Below the pieces are notes generated by a model. The model did no database searches and was not told the DNA's origin. It saw only the letters and a program-made list of their open reading frames with translations. From NCBI RefSeq assembly GCF_037042905.1, contig NW_026974140.1, positions 15,438,001 through 15,502,000 on the forward strand: a stretch of 64,000 nt of DNA, read 5' to 3'. This document shows positions 12,879-29,217 of the stretch, one piece after another; within the stretch, counting starts at the first letter, position 1, and every line of letters starts with the position of its first letter. This DNA is from Lytechinus pictus (lineage: Eukaryota). Both the position numbers and the translations under genes were made by a program.

Positions 12879-13479
12879 TATTATTATGAAAATCTTAATT
12901 ATTTTGGCCTGAACTCAGGAGGCTCAGCGCGGGTCCGGTGGTCCAGGTACGGGGAGGCGCGTCTCATTCAAGTGCCGCCGGGCCACTTGCTTGAGAGACA
13001 CAGTCACCGCACTGCTGTGTCCTTGCTGCAGTGCCAGTGGTCCAGCAGTTCGCAGGCGCGAGCCTTGGACACAAGTTGCAATGCAATGCTGCACGATTTC
13101 TTCTGGGAACTGAACCAAATCTGACATTTATATGAAAGGAAAACTTGAGATAATTGACCTCAATTAAATGAGAAAAATCATGATATGGGTTTAAAACACA
13201 TTTCATATGCCAAACAACACTAAAAATCGTAAAACATAATGACATGTTTGACCTTTCACGTTCACAATTTTTCAACAAGATGGCGCTATCACCGCTTGCA
13301 AACACCATGACAACCATCCACTTAAATTTCATGTTTTGTAAAATATCAGCCGTAACGAAATTAATGAGCTGCAAAAATCAAAAGCCGAATATACCTTCTC
13401 GACAACCGAAGGTGTTTCTAAGCTGGGAACACCTCTATTGTCGTCTCATGAGCTGCAAAGTAAAGCTTTACTACGGGCA

Positions 13480-13946
13480 CTCTCACTGAGAAACGCACAG
13501 TCCGATCCAGGCTGCCATTTTGTATTCATTGCAGGGGAAAAATCGAAAACCCAAATATTGCGCATGCACTATTCAATATCAATTCGCCTATCAATTTTTA
13601 TGAAAATTTGAGCTTTCAGAAATATGGAGCAAAAACCCTTACAAGATTAATTGTAATGTACAATTGACAACTCTTTAGAAGATTACCTTACTTTGCCATC
13701 TATTTCAAACATGTATTTCATTAAAACCGTTACAAACAGAGAGCTACATGAAAAGGACTTAACATCATTTATCAATATAAGTGATGAGGCACACTGGCGC
13801 GCGTCTCGCTTCTAGATCTAATTGGCTAATCATATGGAGCTGAAACTATTTTCTTGCAGGTAATCCGTAAAAGTACTTCCGGGTATATCTAGACGTTCAT
13901 GTGAATTGTGATGGGATGTAACCCGGGGGCCGTAACTTCTGGTAAG
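13480..13946. promoter_or_regulatory. Putative bidirectional promoter between PCM1 (-) and TRAPPC2 (+), with non-coding first exons
   Basis: YY1-like AAAATGGCAGC on - (~13511-13521), NRF1-like TGCGCATGCA (~13559), CpG-rich GGCGCGCG (~13796) and ETS-like CTTCCGG (~13876). Donor-like sites point outward on both strands (+ GTAAGA at 13941; - GTGAGA near 13485). GC-rich patches flank it at 12905-13110 and 14080-14340. TSSs are not determined. Confidence 0.5.
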
Positions 13947-14429
13947 ATTTTTTTTTTCTACTGTTGAGTCACTTGAATGAGTAACATGAGCTGAATAATT
14001 GTAATATTGCCGAAAGCTGTATGTACTGAATGTTATCATGTTATGTATTCAAGTCAACTTACCAGGTTGAAAAAAATCCGTCCCCAGCAGCCACTGCCAC
14101 AGCGCCACTGGCTGCTTTCGCAGCAGGCAGAACAGCCAGGCCTGGCACGCCCGCGGCCCAGCTAGCTCAGTAGCTGTGCCGCCTGGCCTGCTGAACGGGG
14201 ATCCCTCGCAAGACAGAAGCTTGGCTGCGCTGGGTCAGAGCTAGCACTAGTAGTAGTATACTACCGGAGCCGGAGGTTACTCGGCCTCAGCTCAGGCCCC
14301 GGCAGCGGCAAGAGCCAAGTAAGAGCTTGCCTTGAGGACCCCATGATGATATTTTTTAATATCTTCTTCTTCTTCAAGCTACACTGCCTCCTTCAATCCT
14401 GAAGATTCTTGCAGTATTGTAGTACCGGG

Positions 14430-15273
14430 GACCGGCAGGTGCAATACACCGGGTGAACACCCTACTCTTTGACGAATAGTGTATTGGTTTTAACGTGCAT
14501 AGGTTGTGACTCTCCTATACACGTAACCCAGAGAGCTCCCGCCCGTGCAGCGGGCGGGAGCCCAGAAGCTTACCGTGTATTTTACCATTGTCACCGGACT
14601 AGGGTGATTTATGGTCTAAATATTTCTCCAAATGAATTGTGAAAACAGAAAGTATACAATTACCACGATTATATGGATGAAGGTCTAACGAGTGGCAGAT
14701 TCCTGACATCTGGGCACAGTCTGGAACCTCAAAAAAACGAAAAGTTCTCTCCTTCTACCCAGTCTCGATCGGCCATTTTGTTACGATTTTTAACAAAAAT
14801 GGCCGATCGAGACGGGGTAGAAGGAGAGAACTTTTCGTTTTTTTGAGGTTCCAGACTGTGCCCAGATGTCAGGAATCTGCCACTCGTTAGACCTTCATCC
14901 ATATAATCGTGGTAATTGTATACTTTCTGTTTTCACAATTCATTTGGAGAAATATTTAGACCATAAATCACCCTAGTCCGGTGACAATGGTAAAATACAC
15001 GGTAAGCTTCTGGGCTCCCGCCCGCTGCGCGGGCGGGAGCTCTCTGGGTTACTATACACGGGACCAACATTTGCGTCCTTTCCGATGGACGGAGTGTTTT
15101 CCAACTGCATTCACACCCGCACTGAACACAGCGGTGAGGCACGTTAACACACAACGCTAGCATCAGTTTTTTTGTTAGACGTCTTCCGGCATGCTGCGGG
15201 ACTCGAACCCACGCACGTTGAGATCTACGATCTTTTCCGGAACAGGCGCTCTAACCGACTGAGCTACACTGCC
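14430..15273 (-). mobile_element. tRNA-derived SINE with a Deu-domain-like body, interrupted by a palindromic DNA transposon
   Basis: Head GGCAGTGTAGCTCAGTCGGTTAGAGCG with A box, and B box GGTTCGAGTCC (15209-15199). The body (ATCGGAAAGGACG...GGTCCCGTGT...GCACGTTAAAA...CACTATTCGTCAAAGAGTAGGGTGTTCACCCGGTGT) resembles the recalled DeuSINE core. Confidence 0.75.
14524..15051. mobile_element. 528-bp near-perfect palindromic MITE with 9-bp TSD (MULE- or AcademH-like)
   Basis: CTATACACG | TAACCCAGAGAGCTCC ... GGAGCTCTCTGGGTTA | CTATACACG. Arms of ~260 bp, with a loop of a few nt near 14787. Confidence 0.92.
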
Positions 15274-16864
15274 TCTCCCTATATACCCGGTACTTCTTCA
15301 TCATGGAGCCTTGAATAAAGAGACACATCAAAACAAAGATGGATTTCCCTAGGAAATCCATCTTTGTAGATAGAAATCAAGTAAATGTTTGTGATTTTAT
15401 TTATTTTTACACCTTCATACGCCTAAAAAAATTGGTTAATAAAAAGGTGAAAAATTGAAGGTTTCTTACCAGACCGATCTCGTGTAGATCCCTCGATCCG
15501 CGTCCGTTTGCCAACAAAGCAAATACAATAGGTTTGACCCTTGAACCGCTTCGTTATGACGTACTTTCGATTAGCGATGTTACAAAATGCCGTTTTGAAT
15601 AGATAAAAATTATTATTTAACAAATACTGAAATTTAACATGTGATTATAATCACATACCGGGTACTAATTTTTAGTATACAAGTAATTCTTATACGATGT
15701 ATGTAGTTGATGTCCACACTGGCACACACGGTGGCTGCATCAGCCCAGTCCACAGGTATTGATGCAGTCAGCTTTTTTACATTTGACTTGTAAATTATAC
15801 ATTGTAATATCAATAATATTGACCTGAGTTTTTAAATGGGTCCCATATGGGACCTCCTTAACTCTGCCACACCTTACTATTTACTGTAAGGTTACATTCA
15901 TGTATATACCTTGTTATGCTGGAAAGGTGTGACCTTCATGGTAACTCCAGTACGACAATACACCAGACGGTGGACTGTACTGTTTCCAGAAGAAGAACTC
16001 ATGTTATCAATCGTACATGTATAATGGGTTGCCAGAATTTTGTTTCTTATGAATGATGGTTAGGCTATATTTTGCACCTCCTCTGTAGGAGAGTGGTCTG
16101 CTAGTGTTAAAGATATGAAAGGAAAATTGCTTTAGTCAACAATAAGATCATTTAATATTTTTATTTGCCACCTCCCCTGCCCCCCTCCCCCTAAAAAAAT
16201 TACAAACAATCAGTAGAAAAATAAATTTCTAAAAATAGATCTTTTATTGTTTTTGAACAGATGTTCATGTAATGGGGGAAAATAAAATAATCTCTTGTCA
16301 GGTGCAAATGACCTGCCCTTTAAACCCTTAACAAAGCCCTTATATAGTATAGACTTTCTATTTTACCAGTAGAATTTTTAATTGAGTGATATGCCAACAT
16401 TCCTTTTGGATGATGTGTAATTGAAAACTTAACTACCTTTGCAGTAGAGATCTGTTTTTGCAAGTAATTGAAATACCCCCACCCCCACCCCCCCCCCATT
16501 TTCCCTTCATTGGTGATTTCAAGTTCAGTGTTGACGTTTTGGTGTTACAAGAGTATAATGCCAAACATAAAATGGAGATGGTCCTGATAAGTCACCCACT
16601 AGGTGTTGAACTGTCAATATTGTGATATATGGATTATTTGTGTAAACTCAGAATACGTTTTGGGGGCTAGGAAACGCAATCCAAATCCAACACCAACACT
16701 TGAAATCACCCAATATTTGTAAGACTCCTCATTACTACTTCTTAGAAAAAGGCATAGATGAAGTTAATATCTGATAATTATTATTCCATAACTCTTTGTT
16801 TTGTTATTTCTTCTGGTAGAAAACGTATGGAAACAGTCCTCTTGAAAGACTAAGCACTCCGAAG

Positions 16865-21059
<4,195 letters not shown>

Positions 21060-21130
21060 GTTAGAATTTGTATCATAATTTTATAGTACTTTATCTTTGT
21101 TGAATTCAAGAAAATCAATATTTAAATGTA

Positions 21131-21357
21131 CCGTGGTGCTCAAAAGCTAGTGAACCCCACCAGAAAATGAACATATGTAAATTGTTCAAGTTTTGTCACG
21201 GTTTAGATATTTAATTCTGAAGTCGGATGATAAAATATTACATTCAATTAAGTTTGTTTCTCTGGGCTTTCCAAACATTGAAGTGTTGTCTACATTTAAC
21301 ACTCGGCATGAAATAGTGCATTTATGGCAGGGTTCACTAACTTTTGAGCACAACTCG
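21131..21357. mobile_element. Tc1-like MITE remnant in the TRAPPC2 3' region
   Basis: TA | CCGTGGTGCTCAAAAGCTAGTGAACCC ... GGGTTCACTAACTTTTGAGCAC inverted pair. Confidence 0.65.
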
Positions 21358-24300
21358 TGAGATTCTGTGAACATGTGTTTTTATAATGAGCACAATGAAT
21401 ATTTTTGTTTTGTTCCTATTTTCCTACAGATTTAATCATTTTGAATATATTCAACCCCCCCCCCCCCATCCAATAAAGTTAAATAAATGAATAAAGTTGA
21501 AAATAAATGGAAGGAAAAACAAATCAGGAATAATTTTGGGCTAATGAGTTTGCCATCATATTCCATTTGTTTGTAAGTTGGGACTTTTATAAACTTTAAA
21601 AATGTACACTTTATATTCCAGTTCATAAAGCCTTGCAAAACTTATGTTCAGCTTTATGAAACACCACAGGGTCTGGTGACACAAAGTTTTGTGATAGGTC
21701 ATATACTTGGTTTTCATGAATGATTGTACATTGTACTCTTATGTTATGAATCATAAAGATTTATTCTATGATCATTGTTAAGGTTTGTGTTACCCTTCAT
21801 GCCCAGTTACTTCACATCTTCTGTAGATATGTTGGAACCTGAAATTAGAACTATGGATGATACTTTTACATTATTTAAATTCATTTAGCCCAATATTCAC
21901 TAGAATATAAAGCATTTAATCAGTGAGTAAATAAAAAAATGGGTCAGCTAAGAGTAATGCTTGATTGCAGAATTGCATGTTACTTAACATATAATCTTAT
22001 TGTTGAACATGCTATAGCATGTGTTCTCTGAGCGTAATCAGTATTGTGTATACAACACAAGACTGGTTATGTGAGTGTGAATTTTAAATCAATGTTTAAA
22101 GAGTTAAGTCTTTATGAAACACTCACAAATTATACAACAGTGCACCAGAATGTATACATACAATATGTGTTTGTGATCATCTATCTTTTTGGTCACTTTC
22201 TTGTGACTTATTCATGTTATGCAAAGAACGTTCAAAGTTGATAATTTGATTTTAAGAAATCCTATCAAGACTCCATTACAGATGCGAGTGGTGTATATTA
22301 AGTGTATGTTTAGTTTGAGATACCCATTAGTGCAATATTTTGTTAACATCGATGTAAGAGCAAATTAAAAATTGATGTTTTTGTACATTGTAAATAAATA
22401 TTACAACTGTAAGCTTACATGTACTTCATACCAATGTCAACTTTATTATTTTATGCCTGTATTTGGTGTCAATGAAAGAGTTATACAAAAGTTAATGATA
22501 GTTAATTTCATAAGATGAATCTCCTCACAATGAACACTTTGAAAAAAAGGCAAATGAATTGAGAAAGCATCACAATGGGGGAAAGAGAGAGAGAGAGAGA
22601 TGGAAGCATAATGAAATCTGAGGCATGAGGCAAAAGTGACTGATATAATTCATTATCATAAATATAGATGAATGGATCAATTTGAGGAAATAAATATGTA
22701 GCAAATTTTTTAAAGAATTAAAGATGTAAAAGTAGATTGATGAAAAATAGTTCTGAATTCCCATTAAAATAGATGTACAGTGTATGGATAAATGTGGGTA
22801 TGGGCGAATATAACAGCTAAAGCGAAAGGAGTAAATTTTATCACTTCGCTTTTCCTCATTCCCAGATTGGGATTTTTAGGAAAATTGTCTCTCTTAGCTA
22901 CCAGAATAGGTTTTATTAGAAAGAAAATGCGTTCATATTCAGTTATTCACTCTGTTTTACTTGTATTTCTGTGAACTACGCAAGAGAAAAATATGTGCAA
23001 GAGAGAGGGAGAGAAAGAGTGGGATATTAGAGAGAGATGTGAAAGGAGAGACGTCACAGCAAATTAGTTGATGCTTGGTCAAATGTCTGGATATTTGGAG
23101 AATCATCGCAATGTTTTAGTTCTTATGAGGAGTTTAAAGTAATTTGATGACCCCCCAGTTTGTGAAATTAAAACATGAAAATAAAGAACTAAGAAAAACT
23201 AACATTTCCTTAATCAATTTAGCCAGGAACTCGCTGTTCCAGGCTGTTGTTGACGTTTTTTTACCTTCGCCTGAGCTCTGAAGCACTTTCATCCATGGAG
23301 ATTCTTGGGAGTGAGATAATGACTCTCAAGGCTAAGTCCACTGATCCAGGCAGGATCCAGGAGCATCACTGAAAATTCCATCAATATCAGATGTAAAATA
23401 AGTTATATCTTAATTTTTGTTAATTTCACAAAACATTTAAATTCGCAACCCGGGTAGTAAGCAAAAAAAAAATGGATACTACTACTACACATTACTATTT
23501 CTTTTGTATTTCGTTAGAATCATCCAAGATTCATAGTTTTTGTCGATTTGATAAATATAGAAGTTTTATATTGAATCATATGTTTCAATAAAGGTTATTT
23601 TACACTTTCAATGTGCATTCAACATGTCAAAGCTTGTGCATCGTAAGATAAAAAAAATAAGAAATTTCATTTTCTCATAATAAAAGTAGTGATAGCGAGT
23701 GTGTGATTTCGCGACAGACTCTTGATATGTTCGTATCACCTTGTACTGAACAGTTTTGTTAAATTGAACAAATATTGCAACTTGCTTATTTTTCAGTTAC
23801 ATCTGAAATTTAATGACATTCAATGTTACATGCTCATTAGATTTTTCCCCTTTTATCCATATCGACTTATTGTTGGGAGTGACCTGTATCATGCGAGAGA
23901 TAAAGCATCTCATTTCCAGTGACGGTTGGCGTAGGTGTAAATCCATGGTAAGATAAAAATCCCGGAAAAAAATATAGAGAGCCTTGGGGGATAGGAGAAG
24001 ATGAGCATACACACTTCAAGAGAACATGAATATCATTGAAAGATTAAAGATGTATATGCAAAATGGTGGTGGATATGTGCAATATGAATAATAATTGTTT
24101 GTGTTTAATATAATATAACTTATTTAAAAAGATGCTGATAAAAGGAAAATTGTGACATAATTTCGGGATCAAAAACGTAACAATGAAATTGTCTTATTTG
24201 CGCGAACGCTATGTGCAAAAGCGCGCGTTGTGCACGGTGACCGGTGGCGCATAGCGACTCTGTTTGGTTTATTTAGCAACGTGATAAAAGGAGATAAAAG

Positions 24301-24462
24301 AGAAAAATTTTGCTTAAATTTGTTTTCTCTCTTTTTAACTGCCTTCAAAATTACGGCCTATCATCACCATTTCTGTCCTTACCGCGGAGAAATAGGATTT
24401 CAGGACCGAGGGAGAGTGAATTTTATTTTGGGAAGTTGTATTTTGACAGAAACGAAGAAACG

Positions 24463-27400
24463 ATGTCGAAAGCTGAATGTCAGACGATCAAACAGCTAAG
24501 AGGACAAATTTCGGCATTGGCACGTGAGAATAAAATGCTGAATCACAAGATGAGTCTATTGGAGCACAACGCGACGCTGAAACAAAACCTTGAGCAAAAC
24601 GCTATGTTCTCAAACTTTCTAAAGTGGATGGAAGGAAATGGACCTAGGACAAATGATGACCACGGAATAGATGGCAAACACAAGACTGCTGAATTGTCTG
24701 TTAAAGAAGAACCCACATCAACAGCATCTCCATGCAGATCAAATGTTGGGAATGATGTTCCTACGGTGTATGATCAAAGAGGTTCAGACATGAATAAATC
24801 ATTAGATATGAGAGCTTCTTCTTTAAAATCAAAACCAGACAATGCTCAACTTGATCGTCATGATGAAAATCAAGCTGATTCAGATGTTAGACATGAGCCA
24901 AACGTGGATACATCGAGTCATGGTAAACCCACCGAAAGTAGGCCTACCTTGAATGATCATTTTCACAAGGAGAGCTCTCAAAATGGAGGAGTCTCTTTAC
25001 CAAACAGAAACCCATTCACAAAATACAGATTCCCGCCAAATTCTGAAGACTGGGCCCACCCTCCGTTGTATAATGATTCTTATTTTGTGCCTCATCCCGG
25101 TGAATCTGCCATCGCAGACAGCTCCGGTGCGAGAAACTGCTGCCCAACAAGTCGGAATGACGATCATGACGACGCCCAGTTGAGATCCACACCAATTACA
25201 TCGACCCCTAAACGACCAAGTGCTAGGTGCAAGAACACACGTCGGTATGACGAGCTAGAAACTCGAGTCTGGTCCCTCCTGGAAGAATCAAGATTGGCGG
25301 CAAGTCCGGGTCTGCGCGCTTTTGCAGCTGATGACGTTGCTAGAGACGCTGATTCTCGACCAGTGACGTCCACACCAGCGAAGACTCCACAGAAGAAAGT
25401 TGCGTTTGCAGATGAGATGAATGCAAACACATCACTGATTCACGGTGACCCAGTGTCATCGGTACCTTGCGCTTACAACTGTGACCCGTTTAATTTGACC
25501 ACCCCTCAGAAGACGCAGGGCTCTGTGTCGAGAAAGCTAGCGGATCAACGAGATGGTTCCTCGACGGCAAATGATGAACATTCAGCAGTTTCTCGAGATG
25601 AGCGATCATTTCGACGCCTTACGTTAAATGATAACTCCGATTCACGCAATTGTCAACGTGGTGGAAAGTCAAAGAGACCAACTTCATCTAGAAAAGAAGA
25701 TAAACATAATAGTATCAGCAAGAATGACGGGGCAAGATCAAAGTGTTCGCATGAAAATTTCTCGGCTAAGCGTGATCTGTCGTTCAATGACGATAAAACC
25801 TCTCCTCGTCCATCAGTAAATGTGAATAAATTATTTGGTAGTAGGCCTAGAGGAAATGGATATATCAACCATGAACATGTCAATAGTTATGGATCCCAGT
25901 ATGACCAAGCTTCTTTTGGAGGAGAAAGTAGAAGCAAACGGTCAAGATATGACGGGGCGACGAACAATTCATCGGGATTGTCTTCAGGTACGTCTCCACT
26001 TCAGTCGAAATTCCTGAGCGAACATAGATCCTTTGACACTGAGTCTGACATCTCAAACAATGATTCATCAATTGAAATATTAGAAAACGAACTTTGTGGC
26101 ATTTACAAGCAGAATCTGGATGATGAGGTAAAGATAACCGAAATTCGGCGGAACGCCGTCAAACGATTCGACAACTGGCGGGATGCGATGGAAAGTGAGA
26201 TGGTGAAATTGGAGAGGGATGGTAGAGAAAGACTTGCTGACAACATCAACAAGCTCAGTCAATCCTTGCCTCCGTGTTTGAAATGTGACTGTTCATCTGG
26301 ATTTGATGGTAGTTCAAGATCACTGGCAATTAGTGAGGGTCATTTGAGTGAACTTGAAGGGAAGCTTGGTTCAAGATTGGCCGATTTTGAAGAGAGAAGT
26401 GAAAAGAAACTTAATGATAGTGTCCGCGCAGAGACATACTTAAAAACAGAGTCACCATCGAGGAAGCATGGGATGGGTACGTAAGATTCACTCAGAATTC
26501 AATATTTGTGAAAACTAACCTTTATATGTGACAATGAAGAAACAATCTCTTGAAACAAATTATTTGTAATTTTGTGTTTATGATTATTCTTAATATAAAC
26601 TTAATTATGAAAAAAAAGATTTTATGTTAATGGCCCAAGATCAACTTTCAAGTTAATGCTTGGATTAAAAGCAACTGTAACTGTAACGAAGCAACCACAA
26701 GAATTTGATTTAAGTTGGGTTATGTACTTTGACTGATTCATTTTATATATTTGGAATGTAAACAACCTGCACATACTATATGATTTATTTTAGTATAAAT
26801 TTATATTAAATCTATATATTTAGTATAAAAAGTTAGTGGTGAATCCAAGATTTCATAAAATGTGAAAGCTCACGAAGGACAAAGAAGACTTTTCAATTTT
26901 GCTGTTTGCTTTGTTGATTCCTATGGGGGGGGGGGGGTTCTCGTTGACAAGAAATTGAGAAGTAAAAAAGAAAGAAATCACCCCAGATTTGGCGATGTGC
27001 TCAAGTAAATTCATATTCAAAATTAATTTATTGATCTCAAATCCTCACATTCTTTTTAGGGTAATTACGGGATGATTATTAAACAAAGATGCTCCAAAAA
27101 ATAAATAGAGTAATAAATTCAACAAATGGCCCCAAGAATAAGTGCAAAATGAAGAAATATAACTGATAAATACCCCCACCCAGATCCGCCACTGAACTTA
27201 CGAGAAATATACTGAATTTATCTACTGTATTTGGTTTCATGACAGAAAGAATACGGTCAGTTGATACGCAGACGACGTCTCCGAAAAATCTATTTATGGC
27301 TGGTTCCGACACCATCATCTTTGGTGAGATTGCTTTCCAGCTCGAACGAGTCGTTCTGTCAAGGGTCTTCCGAGGAGGCTCAAAGCAACTGACTGGTAAA

Positions 27401-29217
27401 CATTACCATTTTTAATTTATCATATTTATATGAAATCATAATACAAGGTATCAATCAGTATTACACATACAACATTTAACTCTTATATAAGCCAGTATGA
27501 AAAAATATTTAAGTTTTATATGCTCCAGCGTGATACACCATTTCATGAAAACATGACAAAGCCAAAGGGCCTCGGTCCTTTCCTCCATCTTCATCCTTCT
27601 TCTGTTCCCCCCCCCCCTCGATCTCTCTTTCCTTCCTTCTCTCATGATTCTAGATGACGTATTTACTTGAATTCATTGATTTTAATGACCAACTATGAAT
27701 GCTTTATAATCACACTTATTCGTTTTATTCTAAATTTTGCAATTTATGATTATTTCTGAAAGGCTATCGGATATCGACTGGTTTAGTCATGAATTATCTC
27801 CTTCCAAACAGCCTTTTATAAAATGAACTGCCAGTGTAATTTTGTTTTCATCGATCATAATTTAATCTAAGATCAACATTTATATTGATGTAGTTCTTTT
27901 GAATATTTGGTTCTTTATTACTACTCGTATAAGTAGCTTCCAATATTATGTTGTGCCGATGTTAAATTCATATCACCCAAGCCCCTATGGTCCCCTAGTA
28001 TAACAGCATTCTATAATAATTGATGGGGCTACCTGTTAAATAAAGAAGAAATAGATAAATAAATAAAGAGTGCAGAATATATATTTTAATTTGTATATTT
28101 CATTGAGATAGTGTTGACCGCGTTCATGGTTTGACTTGAGTAGATACTTGACCCTTTTGAGTGTTTACTTCATGCATAGACCTATTATGCTTCATGTAAC
28201 CGTTCTAGTGAAGCAAGTGTTTCTTTTCATCCGTCTTAACATCCAAGGTTACACTCTGTCGAACATTGAAAAGATGATTCGAAGTCACTATGATTACCAT
28301 GAACGACCAATGCTTCAGAGGCAGTTAGACGGGGTCAAAGGTGAATTGCAGATCTGTGGTTGGAATCACGAGTTTCATCCGAACCTTGTCGCTCATCTCA
28401 TCAAGAAATTTGGGACTTTCCCGACTAACGTCAGGGCAAAGAGTGCCGCTAGGAAAAGAGGTAGGTATACTATCCGGTGCTTGCATGTATAATTTAAAAC
28501 AATATGCTTTTCCCATCGTTTTTTAAGACATATTTCCTCTTGATTTTTCATGTTTAATAAACACTTCCTTCTCTCGTTGAGTCTATCCCCCTTAAAATTT
28601 ACTCGATTATTTTATTCTCTTATAACTTTCATATTTTTTCAGGGTTATTTATGAACCATCCACTCTCTATTCTTCTCTAAATATAATTAGTCTCAAATCT
28701 GCATTTTGTTTCATCTGAGCTTTTCTCCCTTTTATTTTATATTTGTAATCCACGCTTGTCTCTTTACATTCATCACTTTCTCCTCTTCATATCCCTGCTT
28801 TCACTCCCATTCCTTGTCCCCCTTCTTTGTCGCTTACTCTTTTTCATTTCGGTCCTTTTCATACTGCCCCGCCCATCTCTCCATATCCAACCCCTCCCTC
28901 TCATTTCTCTATCCTATCATATTGCCTTTACCCCCTTTCCTTTCCACACTCTTCACTCTGTTCCCCATTATCCATCTACACTCTCCATTCTTTTTCATGT
29001 CTTCTCTCTCCCTTCTCTATTCAATATCTGATTTTATCTTTCAATCTCTATCTCTTTTTCCTACAATTTCACTCACTCAGGTTGGCTCGAACCACAAGCA
29101 CTAAAAGAAGAAGTTCTGTGGAGGATTCCACAGAAATATATCCATGACATGATCATCATTCTCGACTGCCTCTTCTATCTCAGCAAGAAATATGACATCC
29201 CTCTCTTCACATGGTGA
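24463..29217 (+). CDS. Speriolin-family protein (SPATC1/SPATC1L-like), ~837 aa, with a long low-complexity linker
   Basis: Exons 24463-26476, 27246-27395, 28248-28460, 29081-29217 (2514 nt, all phase-1 GT-AG introns). The N-terminal coiled coil IKQLRGQISALARENKMLNHKMSLLEHNATLK resembles Speriolin_N. The C-terminus IIFGEIAFQLERVVLSRVF...LTGYTLSNIEKMI...HPNLVAHLIKKFG...IILDCLFYLSKKYDIPLFTW* resembles Speriolin_C (VGEIAFQLDRRIL...LYGFTVSNIPEKI...HP...KPMFIW). Orthology to SPATC1 versus SPATC1L is not resolvable. Confidence 0.88.
28700..29075. repeat. Pyrimidine-rich low-complexity tract in speriolin intron 3
   Basis: C/T-dominated sequence that produces spurious F/S/L/P-rich ORFs. Confidence 0.8.

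Noticed and set aside
15195-15273. tRNA-like sequence on the - strand (also 45050-45117)
   Set aside because: A and B boxes are present, but there is no clean cloverleaf or acceptor stem and both continue into SINE bodies. Called as SINE heads, not tRNA genes.
24310-26484. 724-aa ORF as a standalone intronless or mobile-element gene
   Set aside because: The ORF track starts at a non-ATG codon; the first ATG is 24463. The ORF is exon 1 of a spliced speriolin-family gene and shows no gag, RT or transposase features.
28706-29147. Overlapping F/S/L-rich ORFs (also 43922-44263 and 36808-36999)
   Set aside because: Artefacts of pyrimidine-rich low-complexity intron sequence.
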